Source of the DNA: Candidatus Iainarchaeum sp.
Lineage (GTDB): Archaea; Iainarchaeota; Iainarchaeia; Iainarchaeales; GCA-2688035
Assembly (NCBI GenBank): GCA_017610175.1
Contig: JAFCCO010000002.1
Span: forward strand, 1 to 64,000
Direction: 5' to 3'
Length of the DNA: 64,000 nucleotides
Each line of letters opens with the position of its first letter. Position 1 is the stretch's first letter. Positions 1 to 9,915 of the stretch are shown here, piece by piece. Below the pieces are notes generated by a model. That model saw only the letters and a program-made list of their open reading frames with translations, searched no databases and had not been told where the DNA came from. A program made the translations under genes and the position numbers.

Positions 1-23
1 AGCCGGAGGGCGGGGCTTTGCTG

Positions 24-479
24 CTACAAGTATTTTTCCACAAACTTTTTGATGAGTTGTTTGGCTTCTTCTAATGTTTCGTATGGGCTGCACTCGAATG
101 GGGTTGTCACGAATTCCGATCCCTGTTTTCCTCGAATGTATGCTGAAACAAAATCAGCGCAACTTTTTTTGAAAAGACACAAAACAGGCTTGCCCAAGTG
201 GGCCATGTCGGTTATTTCGCCCCCTGTGCCCAGGCTGGGATTGCTTATTTCAAAAATCCCCACATCTGATTCCTTTAGCCAGTTATAATCACGGTCATGG
301 ATTTCCTCATTGGTCCGGGCCATCTCTTCTTTGACAATTCCTTCCTTCAGCTGATGCTTTGAAACCAGTTCGTGCCCAAGTTCTTCAATTGAGCCCCTCA
401 AGTTGAGCAGTTCCTCCCTGCTTGCCTGATTGTGCCCGCCCCTCATGGAGCAACCGAAAAAAACCTTTGCCATAGACAC
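24..479 (-). CDS. Nucleoside 2-deoxyribosyltransferase / DNPH1(Rcl)-like nucleotide N-glycosidase
   Basis: N-terminal VFFGCSMRGG resembles YFxGSIRGG; IHDRD..WL and EISNPSLGTGGE are typical of the Rcl/NDT family. Confidence 0.75.
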   Translation of the reverse strand: MSMAKVFFGCSMRGGHNQASREELLNLRGSIEELGHELVSKHQLKEGIVKEEMARTNEEIHDRDYNWLKESDVGIFEISNPSLGTGGEITDMAHLGKPVLCLFKKSCADFVSAYIRGKQGSEFVTTPFECSPYETLEEAKQLIKKFVEKYL

Positions 480-529
480 TGATTTTACACGCTCCAGTTT
501 ATAAATATTTTTTTAAGATGGTTTAACAT

Positions 530-826
530 TTATTTCTCAGGCAGAGTCTCAAGCGTTTCCCGCATTGCTTCCCTATATTGGTCAAAGGCTTTTCTTCCTG
601 CTTCGGTGAGGGAAAGCATTGTCCGCGGCTTTCTTCCCACAAACTCTTTTTTGACTGAAATATAGCCCGCCTTCTCAAGCTTGGTCATGTGTGAGGAGAG
701 GTTGCCGAAGCTTAAGTCTGTTTGGCTCATTACAAAGAGGAAGTCTGCGCTCTCGATTATGTAAAGCTGTGCCATTAGCCTGAAGCGCGCGGGCTCGTGG
801 ATGAGCCTGTCAATTTCCACTGCCAA
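530..826 (-). CDS. Winged-helix transcriptional regulator (HTH_34/ArsR-like)
   Basis: DRLIHEPAR, GNLSSHMTKLEKAGYI and KPRT..SLTEAGR signature. Confidence 0.85.
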   Translation of the reverse strand: MAVEIDRLIHEPARFRLMAQLYIIESADFLFVMSQTDLSFGNLSSHMTKLEKAGYISVKKEFVGRKPRTMLSLTEAGRKAFDQYREAMRETLETLPEK

Positions 827-829
827 GCG

Positions 830-1462
830 TTATGCCTCCTTTTCCGGTAAAGGGTATTTCTTCATGAACTTGCTCAGGCGAATCAGGCTGTAGGCAATGA
901 TTACTGTTGCGGGCACTGTGAAAGTAATTACGTCTGCTGCCGGAGCCTCCAAAATCTTGTCCAGAACCTCAACCAAGGGAATCTGGATTCCGATTAGTGC
1001 CCCGTAAATGTAGAAGCGACGGTATCCGAGAACGTAGGCAATTGCTGCCATGATTAATGCAACCATTGCTCCGATTCCAAGCGGTAATGCTAGTCTGCCA
1101 AGCAATTCCTTAAATTCAGGGGGAATCCAACCTAAAACAATTCCTACAATGAGAAGGGCTTGCACTGCGACAATTGCCGCAATGACCAGTCCAATCTTTG
1201 CCCTCTTGCGCTGGCGCTCCCTGCTAAACTTCACGACGCCTATTCTGGGGGTTGTTATAAAATGGCGTCCTGCAAAGAACGCGATAAGTGCGAGTCCTGG
1301 GAAGACAAGGGAGCGCCAGGGGGAACCAAGGAAATTGGTGAACCAGCCAAGGCCCATCCCAAAAATAAGGATTCCAATCTCCAAATCAATTAGGCCGTCC
1401 TCTGTTGCCGTTGCAAGAAAGGTTTTCTTCTCAAGCTTTTTCAAATCAACGTTCTGTTCCAT
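830..1462 (-). CDS. Multi-pass membrane protein, co-transcribed with the wHTH regulator
   Basis: About 6 hydrophobic segments; ITTPRIGVVKF loop; 3 nt gap to the regulator. Confidence 0.7.
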   Translation of the reverse strand: MEQNVDLKKLEKKTFLATATEDGLIDLEIGILIFGMGLGWFTNFLGSPWRSLVFPGLALIAFFAGRHFITTPRIGVVKFSRERQRKRAKIGLVIAAIVAVQALLIVGIVLGWIPPEFKELLGRLALPLGIGAMVALIMAAIAYVLGYRRFYIYGALIGIQIPLVEVLDKILEAPAADVITFTVPATVIIAYSLIRLSKFMKKYPLPEKEA

Positions 1463-1570
1463 TCAAACACCCGTGCCCGGCAGGGTAATAATTTCCTGGC
1501 TTACAAGAAAAGCCCATGCAACCAATGCAAGCAAAACAATTGTTGCCGCAATCACATAAACCAAAATCAT
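1463..1570 (-). CDS. Small single-TM peptide (MILVYVIAATIVLLALVAWAFLVSQEIITLPGTGV), below the ORF-track cutoff
   Basis: ATG at 1570, TGA at 1463-1465 abutting the start of the next gene; one hydrophobic helix. Confidence 0.45.
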   Translation of the reverse strand: MILVYVIAATIVLLALVAWAFLVSQEIITLPGTGV

Positions 1571-1785
1571 TTTTTTTCAACATCTCTGCGTTAACAAATT
1601 CTCTGCACCTATTATGCCCCAACTAATATATATACTTTGCGTCGCAAAGTGCTTTGCAGTATTTGGTGCTGTTTTGCGTGCTTTTCCTGTTTTACTGCCC
1701 TGATTTGAGGGGGGTTTGCTTTCCTTTTTAAATGTTTCTTCGCAGAAGTTACTTTATTGAATTAATGATTTGAGTAGTGAAATTT

Positions 1786-2103
1786 ATGGCGAACAAGAAA
1801 GCAAGGGGAAAAAGATCCAACACAAGGAGAAAGTTGAAGGGCGGAAAGAGACAGTCTGTTTCACAGCTTGTTAGAACCTTTGAGGAAAATGAAAGTGTGC
1901 AGATTCGCATTGACCCTAGCCACCACTCCGGAATGCCTGCCGCAAAGTTCCACGGTGTTTCAGGAAAGGTTTCGGCCAAGAGGGGAAAGGTTTACGAAGT
2001 TGCAGTTAAGGACAGAAAGGCTTCAAGAACACTTGTTGTTCACGCGGCCCACATGAAGAGTATGACTTTAGGGGCAAAAGAGGAAAAGAGTGAGGCATCA
2101 TGA
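1786..2103 (+). CDS. rpl21e: 50S ribosomal protein L21e
   Basis: V.IRIDPS.HSGMP..KFHG..GKV motif; conserved rpl21e-rpoF-DUF655-ksgA order. Confidence 0.93.
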   Translation: MANKKARGKRSNTRRKLKGGKRQSVSQLVRTFEENESVQIRIDPSHHSGMPAAKFHGVSGKVSAKRGKVYEVAVKDRKASRTLVVHAAHMKSMTLGAKEEKSEAS

Positions 2104-2438
2104 TTGGACAAGGTTTGGTTGAGGAAAAGCCAATTACCCTTTCAGAGGTAAAGGTTCTTCTCGCCGCAAAGAAAAAGGACTCAGAGCTCAACTACGAGCA
2201 GGACATTGCAATTAAATACGCAAAGAAGTTTTCAAAACTTACACCAAAGGAAACAGAGAAAGCAAAGGCAGATCTTTCAGCTATAGAATCCTTGAATGAG
2301 GAGACAGTCGTTAAGATCATTGACATTCTGCCGACAAAAAAGGAGGTCCTTGACTTGATTGTTGCAAAAAGCTCACCTGTAATACCTGAAGAGGATCTTG
2401 CAAAGGTTCTTGAGATTACTAAAAAGTACTCCAAGTAA
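2100..2438 (+). CDS. rpoF: RNA polymerase subunit F (Rpo4)
   Basis: PITLSEVK, ELNYEQ..A.KYAKKFSK and KIIDILP motifs; synteny. Confidence 0.9.
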   Translation: MIGQGLVEEKPITLSEVKVLLAAKKKDSELNYEQDIAIKYAKKFSKLTPKETEKAKADLSAIESLNEETVVKIIDILPTKKEVLDLIVAKSSPVIPEEDLAKVLEITKKYSK

Positions 2439-2474
2439 CTTTTTGAATAAAAAATTCAGCTAGGGGAGAATGCC

Positions 2475-3047
2475 GTGCCAAACGAAGACTACGCAATAGT
2501 ACTAGATTACCTTCCCAAGGGCAAGCCGGGCGCTTTCAAGCCCGAGCCGGTTGCACAAATCATTGGCACAGAATTCTTTAGTCTTCTGGAAGTTGTTCCA
2601 AAGGCCCCGCTTAAGATTGCAACAAAGGTGTATGTGGGAAAGGACGAAAGGGCTGAAATTGATTACATTAAAAGAAGAGTACCGTTCAAGGACCTTACAA
2701 CTACCGCGGTTTCAGAGCTTGACAATGCGATTGAAAAAATAATTGACGAGAAAAAGGACCAGTTCCTTGAATTCTTCAACAAGTCAGGCCCAATCACAAT
2801 CAAAAGGCACCAGCTTGAGCTTCTTCCGGGCTTTGGAAAGAAACACGTTCTTGACCTGCTAAAAGAGCGGGAGAAAACGCCATTTGACTCATTTGAGGAC
2901 ATTGCGGCAAGAGTTAAGCTTGTTCCAAACCCACTCAACAGCCTTGTAAAGCGTGTAATGGAAGAGCTTCAGGAAGATGACATAAAGCACTATATTTTTG
3001 CAAGGCCCCCCGCAAGGCCACGCTTCGGCGGCGGCAGAAGGCCTTAA
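2475..3047 (+). CDS. DUF655 putative RNA-binding protein
   Basis: EDYAIVLDYLP.G and HQLELLPGFGKK (HhH); synteny. Confidence 0.9.
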   Translation: MPNEDYAIVLDYLPKGKPGAFKPEPVAQIIGTEFFSLLEVVPKAPLKIATKVYVGKDERAEIDYIKRRVPFKDLTTTAVSELDNAIEKIIDEKKDQFLEFFNKSGPITIKRHQLELLPGFGKKHVLDLLKEREKTPFDSFEDIAARVKLVPNPLNSLVKRVMEELQEDDIKHYIFARPPARPRFGGGRRP

Positions 3048-3072
3048 ATAATCTTTTTACAGGCGCTTTTCT

Positions 3073-3897
3073 ATGGACTTATTTGTAGAGCTAAACGAAC
3101 TAATGGTAAAGTACAGGTTTCGCCCGAACAAGAAAATGGGACAGAACTTTATCATCGAATTTCCTGTGCTTGAAAAAATGATTGAAGAGGCAGATCTCTC
3201 CGAAAAGGACGTTGTTCTGGAAATTGGTGCCGGAGCGGGATTCCTCACAAGGGAGCTGCAGAAAAAATGCACGGTTAAAGCAATTGAGCTTGACGACACA
3301 TTGTTCAATCTTCTTGAATCAGAACTTCCAAAAAAAAACATTGAGCTTTTTCATGGGGATTTCCTGGATTTGGATGTTGGTGAATTCAACAAGGTTGTTT
3401 CACTTCCCCCCTACACAATTTCCTCCGCAATAATTGGTTCCCTCTTTAAATCAAAGCCGAAACTTTGCGTGCTTGTGCTGCAGCGCGAGTTTGCCGAAAA
3501 GCTTGAAGCGGAAGCCGGCTTTATGGAATACAATGCAATAAGCGTGCTCACCCAGTACAGATTCCGGGTAAAAATTGTTTCAAGGGTCATGTCCTCAAGT
3601 TTTTTCCCGCGCCCGAATACGGATTCGGCAATTGTTAAGCTTACGCGCTGGGAAGAAAACGGTGTTGCGGTCAATGAAGCGGTTTTCAGGGACTTCATCA
3701 AATCTGTTTTCAGGTTCCAGAACAAGAGCCTGCTTAACGCGGTTAAAAACAGCCTGCAGTTCCTAAATGAGTCCTTCCCTGAAAAGGAAAGGGTTTTGAA
3801 ATTGCTTGACGGGCACGAGCTTGCCAATGAAAAGGTTACCCAGCTTTCGTGCAAGGAGCTTGTTAAAGTTTTCAACAGGCTGATGGAAAAGAAGTAA
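3073..3897 (+). CDS. ksgA: 16S rRNA adenine dimethyltransferase KsgA/Dim1
   Basis: GQNF, VLEIGAGAG, QREFA, FFPRPNTDSA motifs; synteny. Confidence 0.9.
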   Translation: MDLFVELNELMVKYRFRPNKKMGQNFIIEFPVLEKMIEEADLSEKDVVLEIGAGAGFLTRELQKKCTVKAIELDDTLFNLLESELPKKNIELFHGDFLDLDVGEFNKVVSLPPYTISSAIIGSLFKSKPKLCVLVLQREFAEKLEAEAGFMEYNAISVLTQYRFRVKIVSRVMSSSFFPRPNTDSAIVKLTRWEENGVAVNEAVFRDFIKSVFRFQNKSLLNAVKNSLQFLNESFPEKERVLKLLDGHELANEKVTQLSCKELVKVFNRLMEKK

Positions 3898-5418
3898 TTA
3901 AACGAATTTTTTGAGAATTACTTTCTCCAAATCAACTATTCCACCCTTCTTTGCAAACGCAACCGCAAGGCTCATTTTTCTCTTGTTTTCGGCGTGAATT
4001 TCAAACAAGACCTGGCCCTTCTTTACTTCGTCACCCTCTTCAATATGCAAAAGCACGCCTGCTTTTTTGTCTGAGGGGGCACCGGCTGTTCTTGCAACAA
4101 GAGCACACTGCCTTACATTTATCTTGCTTATTTCTCCTGTCTGCGTTGCCTTAATAACTTTCTTAAGCGGAGCTTCCTCAACGCCTTCGCTTTCGCTAAT
4201 CTTTGCTCCCTGTGCCTTGATTATTTGCTTCATTTTCTCAAGCGCCTTTCCCGATGCAAGGATTTCCTTTGCAAGGCCTGTTCCCCTCCCCTTCTTTGCC
4301 TCTCCAAGCATTTCAAAGAGAACTCCTGCAAGCTCACAGCTTTTTTGGGCAAGGTTGTCAAAAACCTTTCCCTCAAGAATTTCCAGCACAAGTTTTGCCT
4401 CTAATGCGGGCCCGAATGCCCGCCCCGACGGTTCTGTCCCGTCTGTTAAAACGGCCTCAACTTTCATTCCAAGCTCTTTTCCGACGGCAATAAACTTTTT
4501 TGCCATGCTTTCCGCCCGCTCAATGCTCTGGATTTTTACGTCCGGACCGATTGGCATGTCGATAACAACGTATTTTGCGTTTGCGCTCGCTTTCTTTGCC
4601 ATCACGCTTGCAATAATCTGGCCCGGCGGGTCAAGTGCGAACGGATGCTCTATTTTGATTATTTTGTCGTCTACAGGCGCAAGGTCCAGGGCTCCACCCC
4701 ATGCAATTACCCCGCCTGTTTTTTCTGTAATGTTAACTATTTGTTTTGATGAAAGTGAAACGTTTGCAAGAACCTCCATGGAATCAGCAGTTCCTGCCGA
4801 TGAAGTTATGCTTCTGCTGCTGGTTTTTGGAATGTAGTATCCTGCGGCGGCAATTATTGGAACAACAATCATTGTTGCCCGGCCGTTTGTTCCGCCAATG
4901 CAGTGCTTGTCAAGGATTGGTTTCTTTTTGAACTGAAGCCTTTTTCCTCCACCCGTAAGTGCTTTGGTCATTGCCACAGTTTCTTCAAGCGTAAAGCCGT
5001 GAATGTAGACAGCGCTTACAAATCCTGCCGCCTCAATTTCACTCAGCTTATTTTCATGCAGGTCCTGCACGATTGCAATTATTTCGTCCTCGTTAAGTGG
5101 ATGCCCGTCCAGTTTTTTTTTGATGAAGTGCACGCTTTCAGGGGGGGGAACAGGGTGAACCCTGATTTTTTCTCCGCTCTTAATCTTTAACCTTTTCTGC
5201 ACGTCGAGGAACATTCCAACTGTTCCTTCCCGCACCATTGTTGTTGTTGTGTCAACAACGCACACAACTTTTCTTTTGGTGCGCGGGCATGAAAGCTCAA
5301 TTCTGTCCAACGGAAGCAGGCCAAATTCTTTTGCGTCAACAGTGTTTATTATTGCGACAAGTTTGTCTGCCTCGATGTCAATCGGTTTTGCTTTCATCTC
5401 TTTTACATATTTTTCCAT
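3898..5418 (-). CDS. deoA: AMP phosphorylase (archaeal thymidine phosphorylase family)
   Basis: N-terminal extra domain, DKHCIGG, PKTSSRSITSSAGTADSME, WGGALDLAPVDD, AGAPSDKKAGV. Confidence 0.9.
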   Translation of the reverse strand: MEKYVKEMKAKPIDIEADKLVAIINTVDAKEFGLLPLDRIELSCPRTKRKVVCVVDTTTTMVREGTVGMFLDVQKRLKIKSGEKIRVHPVPPPESVHFIKKKLDGHPLNEDEIIAIVQDLHENKLSEIEAAGFVSAVYIHGFTLEETVAMTKALTGGGKRLQFKKKPILDKHCIGGTNGRATMIVVPIIAAAGYYIPKTSSRSITSSAGTADSMEVLANVSLSSKQIVNITEKTGGVIAWGGALDLAPVDDKIIKIEHPFALDPPGQIIASVMAKKASANAKYVVIDMPIGPDVKIQSIERAESMAKKFIAVGKELGMKVEAVLTDGTEPSGRAFGPALEAKLVLEILEGKVFDNLAQKSCELAGVLFEMLGEAKKGRGTGLAKEILASGKALEKMKQIIKAQGAKISESEGVEEAPLKKVIKATQTGEISKINVRQCALVARTAGAPSDKKAGVLLHIEEGDEVKKGQVLFEIHAENKRKMSLAVAFAKKGGIVDLEKVILKKFV

Positions 5419-5450
5419 TGCAATCAGTATGAAGAGAAACAAAGGCTTAT

Positions 5451-6005
5451 TTAATTCTTCTGGTCGCGAAGAACTGAAATTAGTTTTTTTACAAGTTCTG
5501 CAGGGTCTGAGTCGTAAACTATTGCCGTATCCATTTCGCCCTTCAAAACCTCGTTCTCCAGCTCTTTTACTCTGTCTGTGATTCCGCCGCTTCCCTTAAG
5601 CACCCCAATTGGCCTTTTGGTTGCGTAAGCGACCGAGAACTCGTTCATTGTTCCAATTCGCCCGTTAATCAGTATTACCGCATCACAGCTTTTTACAAGA
5701 ATTGTGTTGCGCCCCCCACCGAGCCCCATTGCGGTGTAGATTACCGCATCGCACGGTTCCACGGGATATTTGTATTTTTCAATTTGATCTTTTTCATTTT
5801 CGGCGGGGCTGACTCCAATAACAAGCCCTCCCGCTTTCTTTGCGGCTTTTGCGGCGGCAAGGGGAAATCCGATTGTCGCGCCGTAAAACATTATGCAATT
5901 GTTTTTAGCAATTGCATTTCCAATCTGCTCTGCTTTTTCAAGGAGTTCTTGGGAATGGTTGCCTGAAGCGGCTCCCATTACCCCAATTTTTAGTTTCCTT
6001 GCCAT
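5451..6005 (-). CDS. LOG/SLOG-family Rossmann protein (TIGR00725-like)
   Basis: KIGVMGAA, GG.VIGVSP, RN.ILVKSCDAVI..NG.IGTMNE; probable start MARK at 6005. Confidence 0.8.
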   Translation of the reverse strand: MARKLKIGVMGAASGNHSQELLEKAEQIGNAIAKNNCIMFYGATIGFPLAAAKAAKKAGGLVIGVSPAENEKDQIEKYKYPVEPCDAVIYTAMGLGGGRNTILVKSCDAVILINGRIGTMNEFSVAYATKRPIGVLKGSGGITDRVKELENEVLKGEMDTAIVYDSDPAELVKKLISVLRDQKN

Positions 6006-6010
6006 TTTTT

Positions 6011-6868
6011 TTACTCCAGGGAGATTTCTTCGTTTAGCTGCCTGATTGCTTTTACGGCAGCCCCTGCAAAGTCGTCTGTGTCCTGTTTTTCGTATGCATA
6101 GTTTATGCCTGAGCTGGAGTTTATGCGGGCAAGTTTCAGGTTGTAGCTCGCTTCTTTCAGTGCGTTGCCAACGTCCTTTGCCGAACCGCCCTGTGCCCCG
6201 ACTCCCGGTATGAGAAGCGGGATTTGCTTTCCGCTTTCCACAAACAACTTTACTATTGCCTTGAGTTCGTCCATGGATGTCGCTCCAACAACGGCCCCAA
6301 CATTTCCCTCTGCGGCTTTTGACCACTTGATGATTGCTTCGCTTACAATCTGGTAGTTTTTCTTTCCCGCAACTTCAAGGTCCTGGAAGTCTTTTGCGCC
6401 AGGGTTTGAGGTTCTGTTCAAGATGTAAACTCCAAGGTCCTTTCCGACAGTTTCTTCGATGAACGGCATTACGCTGTCCGTTCCCATGTATGGCGCAAGG
6501 GTAACACAGTCCCCTTCCCAAAAAGAGAACACTTCCTTTGCATACGCCTTGGAGGTTTTTCCGATGTCCCCCCTTTTTGCGTCCACAATGAGTGGAATGC
6601 CTGCGCCCTTTACCTTTTCACACACTGCCTTGAATGCGCGAAGCCCTTCAAACCCGTACTGTGCATAAAATGCATAGTTTGGTTTTACCGCGCCCGGAAG
6701 AGTGTTCTCCGCCTTGCAGGCTTCGATTATGGCGTCGTAGAACTTTGTTATTTTTTCCTCAACGCTTCCCTCTGTTATTGGGATTCTGTCAAGCACAGGG
6801 TCTGCTCCCATGCAGACAATGGACTTTGTTTCGTCCGCTTTCCTTATCATCAGTTCTGCATAGCTCAT
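6011..6868 (-). CDS. pyrF: Orotidine 5'-phosphate decarboxylase
   Basis: CMGADP, KPNYAFY, DAKRGDIGKT, LIPGVGAQGG, INSSS. Confidence 0.95.
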   Translation of the reverse strand: MSYAELMIRKADETKSIVCMGADPVLDRIPITEGSVEEKITKFYDAIIEACKAENTLPGAVKPNYAFYAQYGFEGLRAFKAVCEKVKGAGIPLIVDAKRGDIGKTSKAYAKEVFSFWEGDCVTLAPYMGTDSVMPFIEETVGKDLGVYILNRTSNPGAKDFQDLEVAGKKNYQIVSEAIIKWSKAAEGNVGAVVGATSMDELKAIVKLFVESGKQIPLLIPGVGAQGGSAKDVGNALKEASYNLKLARINSSSGINYAYEKQDTDDFAGAAVKAIRQLNEEISLE

Positions 6869-7485
6869 TATTTCCCCTCATTCCATTTTTCTGGGTTTTT
6901 AAAGTATGCGTTAACCTGGTTGAACTGCTCTTCCGAAATTTTTCCGTTTTTCTTGAGTGTTTCAAGAAGTTCGCTTACTTTGAGAACCGAGTGAAGCGTG
7001 TAGCCCTTTTCTGCAAGTTCCTTTGTTCCACCCTGTTCCCTGTCTACGAGGACAATGAGGTCTTTTACTTTGAGTCCCGCTTCTTCAAGCGGTGCGATTG
7101 CCTCAAACTTGCTTCCGCCGGTTGTTATCAGGTCGTCGTATACAATGATTGTTTCGCCTTCCTTAAATATTCCTTCAATTGATTTCTTTGTTCCGTATCC
7201 CTTCTGCTCTTTTCTTGGGTAAATCATTGGGTAGTTTGCCTGCAGGCTTACAGCTGTTGCGATTGGAATTGCAGCATATGGGATTCCTGCAATCCTGTCA
7301 AAGTGCAGTGGCTTTGTTATCTTAATTAGTTCCCCTGCAACGTTCCTGAGAACGTTTGGGTATGAAACAAGCACCCTTAGGTCTATGTATATCGGGCTCT
7401 TGAGTCCGCTTTTGAGTGTAAACTCACCGAATTTTACTGCCCCTATGTCAAACAGTTCGTTGCATAGTGTTTCTTTTGAATCCAT
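6868..7485 (-). CDS. pyrE: Orotate phosphoribosyltransferase
   Basis: [38 protein letters not shown]. Confidence 0.95.
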   Translation of the reverse strand: MDSKETLCNELFDIGAVKFGEFTLKSGLKSPIYIDLRVLVSYPNVLRNVAGELIKITKPLHFDRIAGIPYAAIPIATAVSLQANYPMIYPRKEQKGYGTKKSIEGIFKEGETIIVYDDLITTGGSKFEAIAPLEEAGLKVKDLIVLVDREQGGTKELAEKGYTLHSVLKVSELLETLKKNGKISEEQFNQVNAYFKNPEKWNEGK

Positions 7486-7539
7486 TTTTCTCCATCCCCC
7501 TGTTTTTTTATTATTGAAAGAAAAATTGTTCTTATATTG

Positions 7540-9915
7540 CTATCGTCGCTGCACAATAAGAAGTACTGAAAGCGCAATTGCAACCACAAGCAGGGGGTTG
7601 ATTTCAGGCACTATTGAAAGTGATTCGCTTGCGGGCAAAACCGTTAAGAGGGTCTTTTTCTCACATATGCCACAGCTTCCACTGTCTATTTTTACAACCA
7701 CCCAAAAGTTGCCGCTCTCATTAAATGGCCCAAACGAGCTTGAGAACGTCCCCATTGAAATATTCTGCCCTGAAACCCCTGCGGGGGATGCAAGTTCTGC
7801 GCCTGTAGCTGTGTTGAGAAATTTGAGTTCAATTGTTGTGCCAGCTTCAGCATTTTTCACTTCAACATCCACTGTTCCGTTTCCGCCATCGTGAATTATT
7901 CCGGCTTTCAGAGATTTTATGGATGGTTCGGCTCCAGGGAGCGGTTCGGGGTTTACTGTAATTGTTGTGTTTGAAACAGGTGAAGAAATTCCGACTCCGT
8001 CTGTAACAATGAGTGAAACGTCTGCCGTTCCGTTTGCTGTGCAATCCACTGTTGGTGTTTGGGTGCCAGCTCCTGCTGTGACTGAACAATTTGCTGTGTT
8101 GGTTACTGCTCCAATTGTCCACACATAAGTGAGGCAGCTGCCGTCCATGCACTCCGGGTTATCAAACGAGTTTGACCCATCCAATATAACTTGCGTTGCG
8201 GGAAGGGTTATTTCATATGGGAGGCCTGCGTCGGCAACGGGGGCAAGGCAATAATTCCAGTTGTTCACCTGGACTGAAAGGTCTATTGAATCCATCAAAT
8301 CCACTGCTGACTGGATTGCAATGTTTTGGGATGCAACCGCCGGGCAAACGGCAGTGGATTGAATGTCAATAGTGACTGTAGTTGTTCCCGGAATAGTTAA
8401 TCCCGAAAGCGATTGGGCAGGGGGGTTTACTCCGTCGTCGAATATTATCCACCCCGGTTTGTTCGAGGAAAGGTCCACAGTTTTTACTGTGTGGTAATCG
8501 TTTCGAATTGTCAGCACGGCGGTTTCTGTGCTGTTAAGATTTCCGCTCAAGCTTGTTGGGGCCAGCACCAGCCTGTGGGGGTATGTAAATGAGGTTGCAA
8601 TGTTGTCGAGACGCACTGCGCCGTCAAAGATTTCAACAATCAAAGAGTGTTGTCCGAACGAGTCCACTTCAAGGTTTACATTGAATGTTGTTTCAGCTAC
8701 TGCCCCGTGGGCCGGTGCTGCAATATCCACTTGCCCGATGTATTCGCTTGAGCTGCTTGGGGTGAACGATTCCAGTTTTATTGTCAGCATTTTTCCGGGT
8801 GGAAAATCTTGGTCGCCGTCGTTTTCTATGCCTACATGGATTTGGGCTTGCTCGTCTGCAAAATATTGTTCCGGGTATGTGCTTTCAATTTTTATGGAGG
8901 GGCCGCTTATGGTAAATATAAACCAGCTGGGGGCAATAATTCCTTGCGTGCCGGCTCTTGTTGCTGTATAAAAGTAAATGCTGCTGCTGGACTGGCAGTC
9001 GACTCTTCCCTCTCCGTTTGGGGGATATGTTCCTGTTCTTGTCACGGTCTGTCCGCCGGAAACGCTGCCCACGTTTTCCACAACAATATTTCCTTTTGAA
9101 CAAAGATGTCCTGCTTCGTCGTTAACAACAAGGTACATGTCTGTGCTTTCGGCCGAGGTTCCTGTGTTTGTGATTTTGTAGTCCATCTCATAATTTTCAT
9201 AGTTTAAAAGTGTCAGAGTGCCTATTCCGAATGGGGGTGCAACTTCAATCCCTAAACCATCCCGAACAATTAATTCATTTAGGTATGCAATGTACTGTCC
9301 GCTTGGGTTGGTTAGTGCAAAAGATGGCAGCGGCCACGGACTGTCCCCAAGCCTTACGCCTGCTATTGTGTCATATGTTCTTGAAAATTTCCAGGTACCA
9401 GGGCAGGCTTTTGACGGTATTGTTATGAATTCAACGTGGTAAGCGCTTTCTGTGGGGAGAAGCACAAAGCTTGACCAGTTCGGCAGGTTGGGCCAGGCAG
9501 GGGGATTTGCTCCAAAACCGGCTATTTTGCTTGTTCCATCTGTTGTTTCACGGAATGCTGAAAATTCTGTCAGAACAGTTGTGTTGTTTGTTTCAAGCAC
9601 CACAAAGTTGTCTGGTCCGAGCCCGCAGTTATTAAAAATTGAGTGAAACCAAATTCTTCCGTCGATTGAAACAGGGCCTGTGTTTGAAACTTTTGTGATA
9701 ATTGCAACTCTGTCGCCCGTGGAAATGCTTGACCTAAACCCTGAATCGTTGTACCCTGAATTAAGCGCCCAATCCGGAAGTCCGTCCCCATCCCCGTCGT
9801 CATCAGGGTCTCCCATTTTTATCCACAGAAGGTCTCCCTGTTCAGCGGTTGCGAAAACAAAGCCGCACTGCCCCAAGACAAATAAAATTGCAAGCAGAAA
9901 TATAATTTTTCTCAT
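7540..9915 (-). CDS. Large secreted surface protein with Ig/CARDB- and PKD-like domains and a C-terminal PEF-CTERM-like anchor
   Basis: Signal peptide; DDDGDGDGLPD Ca-binding-like motif; PVADAG...LDGSNS PKD-like; ends VPEINP-hydrophobic helix-QRR. Confidence 0.7.
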   Translation of the reverse strand: MRKIIFLLAILFVLGQCGFVFATAEQGDLLWIKMGDPDDDGDGDGLPDWALNSGYNDSGFRSSISTGDRVAIITKVSNTGPVSIDGRIWFHSIFNNCGLGPDNFVVLETNNTTVLTEFSAFRETTDGTSKIAGFGANPPAWPNLPNWSSFVLLPTESAYHVEFITIPSKACPGTWKFSRTYDTIAGVRLGDSPWPLPSFALTNPSGQYIAYLNELIVRDGLGIEVAPPFGIGTLTLLNYENYEMDYKITNTGTSAESTDMYLVVNDEAGHLCSKGNIVVENVGSVSGGQTVTRTGTYPPNGEGRVDCQSSSSIYFYTATRAGTQGIIAPSWFIFTISGPSIKIESTYPEQYFADEQAQIHVGIENDGDQDFPPGKMLTIKLESFTPSSSSEYIGQVDIAAPAHGAVAETTFNVNLEVDSFGQHSLIVEIFDGAVRLDNIATSFTYPHRLVLAPTSLSGNLNSTETAVLTIRNDYHTVKTVDLSSNKPGWIIFDDGVNPPAQSLSGLTIPGTTTVTIDIQSTAVCPAVASQNIAIQSAVDLMDSIDLSVQVNNWNYCLAPVADAGLPYEITLPATQVILDGSNSFDNPECMDGSCLTYVWTIGAVTNTANCSVTAGAGTQTPTVDCTANGTADVSLIVTDGVGISSPVSNTTITVNPEPLPGAEPSIKSLKAGIIHDGGNGTVDVEVKNAEAGTTIELKFLNTATGAELASPAGVSGQNISMGTFSSSFGPFNESGNFWVVVKIDSGSCGICEKKTLLTVLPASESLSIVPEINPLLVVAIALSVLLIVQRR

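Noticed and set aside
1568-1583. Possible phase-variable or frameshift T tract at the small TM peptide start
   Set aside because: A 7-T run upstream of the ATG is ordinary in this genome, and the peptide has its own in-frame ATG.
6006-6326. N-terminal extension of the LOG ORF, and similarly of guaA (60269-60445)
   Set aside because: They overlap neighbouring genes; family similarity begins at internal ATGs 6005 and 60268.
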